Source: Macrostomum hystrix (lineage: Eukaryota > Animalia > Platyhelminthes). From it: a stretch of 64,000 nt of DNA. Location: positions 2,170,001 to 2,234,000 of the forward strand of contig CATNEN010000010.1 of assembly GCA_950097015.1 (NCBI GenBank), read 5' to 3'. Of the stretch, positions 50,372 through 59,356 are shown piece by piece. The notes under the pieces are model-generated. The model saw only the letters and a program-made list of their open reading frames with translations. It ran no database searches and had not been told where the DNA came from. Each line of letters opens with the position of its first letter. Within the stretch, counting starts at the first letter, position 1. The translations under genes and the position numbers were made by a program.

Positions 50372-50892
50372 TTAGATTTAATTAGATTTAAAGATCTCAA
50401 TGCACGGTGCTGTACTGTTGTGCACCCTTCACAATCACGGTCTGTACACTATCGCTAGCCTTATTATCAGATACATGCACGAAAAAATAACCTGCGTTCC
50501 AATATACTCTACTTAATAGTAGAGACTCAAAGAAATGATTCGTTAATTTAAATCATTGTGTCATCCAAAATTAGTGAAAGCGTAGTGAAAGCGTCGTAAA
50601 ATTGTAAACAATGTACATTTAGCCATTCAAAGAATGGCTAAACTTCAAAGAATGTGAATTTTTCCGCACACACTTCCGCACAAATAAAGCAAAAATGGGA
50701 ATTAACCCACGAATTTGTTTTACTTTATTTATTTCTATCTTGTGTAGCAAGCAGGTAGTTTTCGAAAGGGCTTTTTCAGTTTTTAATCTATACTTGTCGC
50801 CGAATTGGTTGTCGCCGAACTGACTTGTCGCCTAATTGGTTGTCGCCGAATTAACCTGTCGCCGAATTGACTGGCACCCGACTGAAAAGGAG

Positions 50893-52001
50893 TCAAGATG
50901 ATGATGTCAAAATGTCACTCGGTAATGTCAGCTGCCTTGAGAGGCAACGCTGCATGTAGGTCAGACTGTGGTTCACCCACTGTTGACATTTGAATGGCAT
51001 GATCTCGAATACTGCTATGTCGATCAGTTGCTGCAAAATCCACAGTCATTGCTGATGTAGCATGCTTCCTGCTGCGGCTGCTGCGTCTTGGTTACTGGCT
51101 TGGCACTGAATGTCCGGTTATGGCAAGCTGCACTTCAGAGTGCAGCTTCAGAGGTAGGAGCCAGCTCGCTCAGCTGCATTCAGGATTGCCTGGAATGGTG
51201 AGTATGGCGGTAGAAAACAATGATTGTGTCCTTCACGCATTCCTAGCACATTTGTGTGAGCATAGGCATCGTCCGTGAGAAGGACAAACTCTTCATCCAA
51301 TAGCTCGTCTAATTCAGATAGAAAGGCTACAAAATTCTTGTTCTTGAAGCTGCCAACAACTGTCATGTAGTGCACGAGGCCATGCACAGATGAGATTGCC
51401 AAGTAGATTGTCAGATACTGACAATCTGCTTGCTGTCAGCTCGCTGTCTGCGCCGCGCCCAACCTTGGCTGCGTGACGTCCACAAGTTAAGGCCAAACTC
51501 GTCGAGCGAGATCATATACTGCTGCACTCCCTCAGTCAGCATCCATTCTGCATGCATGCGCCGAGCCTCCTTAGTCACGGGCTCATTCTACTCTACTGGA
51601 TTGACCCTTACCAACTTTAGTGTGATGAGACGACCATCCAACGCCCAACTGATGGCCAATTGCAATATAAAGGCTACGTCATGAAAACTCTGCTGTAGGC
51701 GCAGCTGCATCTGATTCAGCATCGCAGTTGGGCGCGATCCCCGGAAGTCGACGATATCTCCTGAATCATTCCTTCTGTCAGTCAATGCCTCTTGTTGCCA
51801 CCCTTCGGAAGTGGGGCTGCTCAGTCATGCGCAATAAAATTGCAGATGATGTTGGCTGCTGTCTGGCACTTGATGCCAAGCATGCGCACTAGGTGTCGCC
51901 AGTTGCCAGTCGCTAGGTGAGTCGGCATCATTCTGGTAGGCAGCAATCAGCCTCTGTCTGTCAACAGCCGATATGCGAGAGTAATGACTGCAAGGCGGCA
52001 T
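50893..52001 (-). pseudogene. Decayed Tc1/IS630-type transposase
   Basis: N-terminal YSRISAVDRQRLIAAY, central SFKNKNFVAFLSEL..VLLTDD..FLPPYSP, C-terminal CQQWVNHSLTYMQRCLSRQ; multiple stops and shifts. Confidence 0.75.
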
Positions 52002-54190
52002 CGCATTCAGAGTATGCTTATGTTGCAGACTGTTGTGACTTCTATGACTGCTGCCCCTGTTTTTTATCTCTGACTGCCACCACTGGCCGAAATTGCTTGC
52101 AAAGGGGCCCAAATTAGTTGCCAAATTCAGAAGCAAATGCAATCTTTGTCTATGGCTTTGTCTGCGCTGCCCAAATGGCTTGCAAGAAAGCCCAAATAGA
52201 ATGCAAAAAGGTATAGTATAGTATCATAGCTTCAGCTTTTACTGATGTATTTAGAGAAATTGTGGTAAAAAGTACAATTGTCTTAGTTATTGTTTAAAAT
52301 TTGCTGCAATTTCAGACTGATTCTGCTGAATAATTAAATTAATGTATCCTTTAAAATGGTGCTTAACTTCATATATATATAAGATTTGCAATTTATGCGT
52401 TTCAAATGCACTTTAGGTCTTCTATTTATTGTATGACATATTCACCATATTTATTTCTCATTTGTAGTTGTATTTTAACTTCTAGTGAATAGGCCTACCT
52501 AATTGCCAATTCGCATTAATGAATTACGTGTAATACAATATAATAACTATACGAGTATATTGATTATTGACCAATACATATTTGAAAGATAAACTAATTA
52601 ATACACATTCTCACTTTGCTTTTCAAATTTTTGCTATATAACTTTCATCAAATCACACTATCACACCTGTCTAAAACAAAAAATCTTGGCCGATTAGTCA
52701 GTGCATTCTTTGGTTGGTGAAATGGAGGGTGATAAACCCGCAAAAAATAGGGATGTTTCTTTGGGTGATTCCAGTTGGAATCTGTGGTGTTTCCAGAAAA
52801 AGAAACAGCCAAACAGTGGAAACATACCAATCAGATAATTCCATGCTTAGAATCTACCCAACTGGGCATTTTCTCGGTGCTTCTTGGTGGCAAAATGGAA
52901 TCACCAAAGAATCCTCCAGTTTGGAAGATTCCATGCTCAGAAACTGCCGAGGAATCGCCCGTAAATAATTACCTGGTTGTCCAATAGGCCACTGGTTTGG
53001 GTGATTCTTTGGCAGTTTCCGCACAATTTACAGTTACATTGGCTGCTTCCTGGGTGGTTTCTTTAACTCTTGCAAGATAGGGGGGATTTTGGTAGATTTC
53101 ACTCTTATTTTGAACAAAAAACCTGCCAAAGAAGCAGCCGAATTTTTTCAGGGTAACCAGTGATATATAAACCAGTTGACATTTAATTTTAAGCAAAACA
53201 AAGAAAACTGTAAAAATTGTTGTGTTACTTTTAAAATAAATTAGCACTGGTTCAACCAATTAACTAGTAGGCCCTAGCAATTACAAAAATTTAAAATTGA
53301 CTGTCACCAAATTTTTTCCAATTTTTTGTTCAAAGTTGACATAAGTGCATTGATGCTTATCTCATTATATTGGCATTATAATGACATAGTTCCAAAGCCC
53401 TATGATCATAGCATCATAGATCATAGTACATAGTCTTTTTCCTTGAATTTATATTTTGTTTACAATTAAATCTGTCATCAGAGTATCTTTCTACCTCTAA
53501 ATATTTAGTTAAAAATAGCTAAAAAATACAAAATAACTAACTATATCAGAACAAATCTAAAAATGTGTGGATTCCATTGTCTTCTTAAGTGACAAGTGCA
53601 CTAGCTTTTATCCTTGGCACACAAAGAAATCCATTGACCTGCATGATTTCATTGTGCTCAGTAAAGGCTATCTGCACAGACCCCCATTTGCTCCAACAGG
53701 GAAATAAAAAGTTTAAATAAAACTGATAACCTAGAAATCATGCTTTCGTTGTCATAGCCAATCAATTAGAATAAGACAATATAATGTTAGTCTACTACTG
53801 ATTTACAATTTTTCAAGTATTCAGGTAATTTTTACATTTTGTCAGAATTTTCTATTTCTGAAAAAGCACATATTTTTTCTTTTAGCTTAACTTATAATTT
53901 TTTCTTTGTAAAAAAGGCTTTTAGTAAACTAATTAATAAGTAAATAATTATTAAGTAATTAATTAATAAAACGAATTAATTAATTAGTAAATAAAATTAT
54001 AAATTATGCCAATTTTGCTTCCCTGTATCTTTCAAAATTAAATTCTCATTTTCAGCAGCCAGCAAGAGTGCCTGACAGAAGTGGACAGGTCAGCTGGATT
54101 TGCTGTATCCCATCAACCACATCCTGTTAGCTGTGCTATCAGCTAAGTTTTAAAACTCTGTTCACATAAGACTATGCTAGCCTGTTTTCT

Positions 54191-57100
54191 ATGGCCTCAG
54201 CACTGTACTGCAGTCTGAAGCAACGGGCTGGCAGCCTTCTGCGCCGTGGGCCTGTTGAATACTCGCTGCAGAAGCAGATGCAGTCACCCTATATTGAGGG
54301 TGAAATAGTCTACTCCAAGAACAATGTTTGCGTCCACTCTGAAGGCCAGGTTGCCATGGAGACTGTGCACCATCCCGGCTACCTGTGCGTCGAGTGTTCA
54401 CGCGGCGACTTCTTGCTAAAATGGACTCCAAATAGGCGACTCAAGAAGCAGGTCTCGGGCGGCGCGGATCCTGCAGTCGAAGACGATGCACCCGCCGTCC
54501 AGTCGCCGACGTTATCCACCGCTTCATCTTCATCGTCGGATGGTGAGTAACCGTCGGACGGTGCGCTGCAGACTAAATTTCGACTAATAAGATTTCAATA
54601 AAATAATTCTAGGCGCCTCCTGGGCAACGGCCAGCAGCGGCGGGACGGAGCAGCGACCCTCCATGTTTCACTGCAACCTCATGTCAGTCAGGCGCATCCT
54701 TTTATCTGCTGAGGTCGGCAGCTCCAATGCCTGCGATGACAGCCTGACTGTCGAGGACGCCGGGCACGCCGTCATTCAGAGCGGCGAGTGGCAGCTCAAG
54801 TTGCTTCACTTTCACCGGGGCAGCCTGCGCCGCTTCGCCCAGCTGCTCGATTCGCGGCCTGATGCCTTCCGGCAGAGTCGCCGTCGACCTTGCTACGTCG
54901 TTTATTCGACTGCGCCATCGTCCACATCGCCGCAGCCACCTTCATCATCGGCTGCCATCGACACTTTCGACATGGTGGACTTCGCCCCGGCGCTGGCTGG
55001 CGCAGAAGCCGAAGCCGAGGCAGGCGGGCCGTTGCTGACGCTGGCGTCCTTTCAGCGCAACTTTGCAGACGCTGACGGCTGCGTCGAGGATGTCGCCGGC
55101 TTTCGTCGAGCAGTGTTCCTTGGCGGCATGGAGCCGGCAGCGCGGCCGCAACTGTGGCCGCTGCTGATTGGCCTGTACCCGGCCGGTGCCTCGGACTCGA
55201 ATCGGCGCATCCTCCGCGGTCAGCTGGACACCAGCCTGGCTGAGATTCGAGCCCGGCGTCTAGGCCTGGCCGGCGATCTTCTGGACGACTTTTCCAGCCG
55301 GATCGTGGCCGCTGTTGATCGCGATGTTAGTCGGGCGGACCGGGACCAGGCTTTTTACTCTGACGAGGGTGGCGGCGCCGGCCGACTTCGAGAGCTGCTG
55401 CTGGACTTCGCTTTTGATAATCCCGATCTGGGGTATGTGCAGGTAAGGCTGTCTGATACGCGACGAATGCCATTGCCGTATGGCTATCCCAATGCCAGAG
55501 CCTGAATATCCAATCCCTAATCCTAGATTTTCAATGCCAGAGCCTGAATATCCAATCCCTAATCCTAGATTTTCAATGCCAGAGCCTGAATATCCAATCC
55601 CTAATCCTAGATTGTCAATGCCAGAGCCTGAATATCCAATCCCTAATCCTAGATTGTCAATTCCAGAGTCTAAATATCCAATCCCAGATCCCGAATTTAC
55701 AGTTGATACCAAAAAATTCCCAAATTTTGGAAAATCCTTATGTTCCTGAGTAACTGGGAGATTTCACAAAATCCTCAAATCGTAGATATCGAATCTTGCA
55801 TTGTTTATTCAAAGCAAAGCTGATTAAAGTGTATCGATGCTCGCTCGCCAGGCGATGACAGAGCTCCTCAGCCCGCTGCTCATGGTTCTGGACTCGGACG
55901 CGGAGGCCTACTGGTGCTTTGAGCGGCTGGTTCGGGCCGGACACTTCTTTTCAGCACCTACGGACGCTGGCATGGACGGGCAGCTCTGCCAGCTCAGGCA
56001 TTTGCTGCGTCTGATGCGGCCCGCCTATTATGAGTACTGCAGGTGAGGGCTTCGGTATTTAAAATATGCCCCTTTAGTTGGGAAGATATGGATCTCAGAA
56101 AGAATATGATTCACTGGTTGATCCTAATGATCCAATTTTTTACTAAAAAAAGCTGATATTTTTTAAGAAGTCTGATTTACCAATCAGGCTGATCCGTTTA
56201 AGGCTGTTTCGTAGTGTGCTAAAGGTATGGGATTCTCTGATTGGTCCGCGAGGTGATGTGACTACATATATGAGATTCTCTGATTGGTCCGCGAGGTGAT
56301 GTGACTACATATATGAGATTCTCTGATTGGTCCGTAAGGTGATGTGACTACATATATGAGATTCTCTGATTGGTCCGTAAGGTGATGTGACTACATATAT
56401 GAGATTCTCTGATTGGTCCGCGAGGTGATGTGACTACATATATGAGATTCTCTAATTGGTCCGTAAGGTGATGTGACTACATATATGAGATTCTCTGATT
56501 GGTCCGCGATTGACAAGACATACCCGTTGGAAAAGTTATGCACCAGCTTAGGCATAAAAAGTGCCTTTAAGAACAAAATATGCACTTTAGCGGCCTATTT
56601 CGTGCGTGTTTTGGAAATGCACCTGAGTGCACCTTTTGTGCCAAAATTTTACCAATATTCTTGATATTGCGCAAACTTTTTTCCAGACACATTTCTCAAT
56701 GACTAAAAGTATGTATTCTCTGATTAGTCCGTAGGCTACCTGAAGGTTAGGGATTCTCTGATTGGTCTGTGAGGTGAGGTGACTAAATGTATGGTATTCT
56801 CTGATTGGTCTGTGAGGTGAGGTGACTAAATCTATGGTATTCTCTGATTGGTCTGTGAGGTGAGGTGACTAAATGTATGGTATTCTCTGATTGGTCTGTG
56901 AGGTGAGGTGACTAAATCTATGGTATTCTCTGATTGGTCTGTGAGGTTAGGTGACTAAATGTATGGTATTCTCTGATTGGTCCGTTAGCTACATGAAGGT
57001 TTGGGATTCTCTGATTAGTCCGCGGGTTTGGCATTTCAATAAGGATCACAGATTGTCGTAGCGTTGTAATAAATAATTTTTTGTTTGATTCTTTCTTAGG

Positions 57101-57520
57101 AGCATAGGCGATCCTGACCTGCTCTACTGTCACCGCTGGATGATCCTGTGTTTCAAGCGGGAATTCCCACTGGATGAGACCCTGCGACTGTGGGAGGCCT
57201 GTTGGGCCCACTGCGCCACCGACTATTTCCACCTGTTCCTCTGCCTGGCCGTCATCGACGCCTACGGCGACTTCTGCGCTGAGAAACGGCTGCCGGCCGA
57301 CGAGGCGCTGATGTACTTCTCCCAGCTGGCCGGCCGCATGGAGGCCGCGCCTCTGCTCAGTCGCGCCCGTCGCCTCCTGGCCAGATTTCGCTCGCTGTCA
57401 TCGCTGCCCTGCGCCTTGGCCAACCTGTGCCATCGCTGCGGCCCCGGCATGTGGGACTCCGGCCACCTGCCTGTGGTTCGCTGTCCCGATGGCCCTCACA
57501 ACTGCAACTACCTGCGCTGA
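54191..57520 (+). CDS. TBC1D16: TBC1D16-like Rab-GAP, 597 aa. Exons 54191-54542, 54613-55442, 55852-56042, 57100-57520
   Basis: IVYSKNNVCVH..HHPGYLCV..LKWTPN N-terminus typical of TBC1D16; TBC motifs VDRDVSRADR and GYVQ; CHRWMILCFKREF..LRLWEACWAHCATDYFHLFLCLA; RCGPGMWDSGH. Phases are consistent. Confidence 0.87.
54350..54363 (+). promoter_or_regulatory. RFX X-box-type palindrome GTTGCCATGGAGAC inside TBC1D16 coding exon 1
   Basis: 14-bp match to the X-box pattern (reverse complement GTCTCCATGGCAAC); function not shown. Confidence 0.35.
55487..55690. repeat. 42-bp intronic tandem repeat (atgccagagcctgaatatccaatccctaatcctagattttca), ~4.5 copies
   Basis: Direct reading; TBC1D16 intron 55443-55851. 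Confidence 0.92.
56231..56510. repeat. 43-bp CCAAT-containing minisatellite, block 1 (~6.5 copies)
   Basis: Unit gattctctgattggtccgcgaggtgatgtgactacatatatga. Confidence 0.92.
56715..57020. repeat. 43-bp CCAAT-containing minisatellite, block 2 (related variant, ~6-7 copies)
   Basis: Unit attctctgattggtctgtgaggtgaggtgactaaatgtatggt. Confidence 0.9.
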
Positions 57521-57547
57521 CTGTCATCATCGACACTACTGAAATCG

Positions 57548-58170
57548 ATACTGTTCAATGGGATTGTCACACTGCAGAGTGATACTGTTCAATGGGATTG
57601 TCACACTGCAGAGTGAACTAAGTGATACAATGGGATTGTCACACTGCAGAGTGATACTGTCAATGGATTGTCAACATACATGTCACACTGCAGAGTGATC
57701 CATGGTTGTCAACTGCAGAGTGATACTGTCAATGGGATTGTCACACTGCAGAGTGATACTGTCATGGATTGTCACACCTGCAGAGAAACTGTCCACACCG
57801 CAGAGTGATACTATTCAATGGGAATTGTCACAGAGTGATACTGCTCAATGGGATTGTCACACTGCAGAGTGACACTGTACAATGGGATTGTCACACTGCA
57901 GAGTGACACTGTTCAATGGGATTGTCACACTGCAGAGTGATACTATTCAATGGGATTGTCACACTGCAGAGTGACACTGCTCAATGGGATTGTCACACTG
58001 CAGAGTGACACTGCTCAATGGGATTGTCACACTGCAGAGTGATACTGTTCAATGGGATTGTCACACTGCAGAGTGATACTATTCAATGGGATTGTCACAC
58101 TGCAGAGTGATACTGTTCAATGGGATTGTCACACTGCAGAGTGACACTATTCAATGGGATTGTCACACAT
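57548..58170. repeat. 34-bp tandem repeat with internal interrupted palindrome, ~17 copies, immediately after the TBC1D16 stop
   Basis: Unit gagtga(t/c)actgttcaatgggattgtcacactgca; some degenerate copies at 57650-57830. Confidence 0.92.
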
Positions 58171-58863
58171 CAGATGAACTCTGGGGTATTTCGTAGCTTA
58201 AACTGATTTCTTTGTCTTGATTTCTTATTCTTTGTGTTTGTCTTGTTCTCAATCTTTCCCAACTTAAATGTTGTAGCGGTGTCAGATCAAAAACTTTCAG
58301 TTACTCAAAGATTTTTTATTCAAATTCGTTGTTTTACATTCCCACCGACGTTGTTTTTTCTCTTGCTCTTTCTGTTGTCCGAAAATCACCCGATTTGATG
58401 TTGAAGCATTTTTGTTATTTTCGGCGTGTTGATTGTTTTTTATTTGTTTAATCTTTTTTTTAGGCCAGTTAATATTTGAATCGATTTTGAGTAGAGTTTA
58501 TTCATTATTGACACTCAAAGTTTAAGCAGTTTTTGATGTTTTCCTTGTATTTTTGTTTGTCTCATTCCCAAGATTGTAGAAAATAGCATTCAATAACTCT
58601 ACTCTCTATAATTGCTGTTTTTGTGTTTTTTTCATTTTTTTTGTCTGCTTTTGCAGCAAATTATTATTTCCCGTAATGGATCTTCGCTTCCCATGATTAG
58701 TGTATCGTGATAGACAAATATATTATTGTTTGTGCTTCGTGTGTTGTATGTGCGAAGTTGTATAATTGCAATAGCTGTCACTTTACTGGCTAAATATATT
58801 GAATTATTGTCGTTGATGCCGAATTCGTAAAATTTAGTACTCAATCATTTTCCTGCCTATCGC

Positions 58864-59228
58864 CTATCAGAAAGCTAACCCCTAACCCAGCCAATCAGAA
58901 AGCTAACCCCTAACCCAGCCAATCAGACAGCTAACCCCTAACCCAGCCAATCAGAAGGCTAACCCCTAACCCAGCCAATCAGAAAGCTAATCCCTAACCC
59001 AGCCAATCAGAAAGCTAACCCCTAACCCAGCCAATCAGAAAGCTAACCCCTAACCCAGCCAATCAGACAGCTAACCCCTAACCCAGCCAATCAGAAGGCT
59101 AACCCCTAACCCAGCCAATCAGAAAGCTAACCCCTAACCCAGCCAATCAGAAAGCTAACCCTTAACCCAGCCAATCAGAAGGCTAATCCCTAACCCAGCC
59201 AATCAGAAAGCTAACCCAGCCAATCAGA
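58864..59228. repeat. 28-bp array (ctaacccctaacccagccaatcagaaag), 13 copies, upstream of CEP95
   Basis: AGCCAATCAG at 58889, then every 28 bp to 59197, and at 59218. Confidence 0.95.
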
Positions 59229-59356
59229 TAGATTGTAAATTTTCTTGCCAGTCAGAAGGCTTAGAAGTTACGTAGCTTATTAAACAGCTTTGAATTTCTC
59301 CAGCCAATCAGACCACTTTCTATCCCTTTTCCCTATCCTCCAGCTCCTTCACTGGC

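Larger units (their letters stand above)
48153..50879 (-). mobile_element. Mutator-superfamily (Phantom-like) transposon with TIRs built of ~14-16 bp tandem subrepeats
   Basis: Subrepeats aattcggcgacaa(cc/gtc) at 48153-48222 and inverted at 50795-50879 (terminus gggtgccag). The left TIR lacks its outer ~14 bp; gactga flanks both ends. Confidence 0.85.
47888..52216 (-). mobile_element. Tc1/mariner (IS630-like) DNA transposon, ~140-165 bp TIRs, TA target duplication, decayed; host of the nested MULE
   Basis: Left TIR 47888-48052 (ctatacctttttg...gggccccctttg) is the reverse complement of 52081-52216. TA flanks both ends (47886-47887, 52217-52218). Confidence 0.85.

Noticed and set aside
55260-55749. 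PEPEYPIPNPRFSM and GSGIENLGLGIGYS repeat ORFs
   Set aside because: Translations of the 42-bp intronic repeat.
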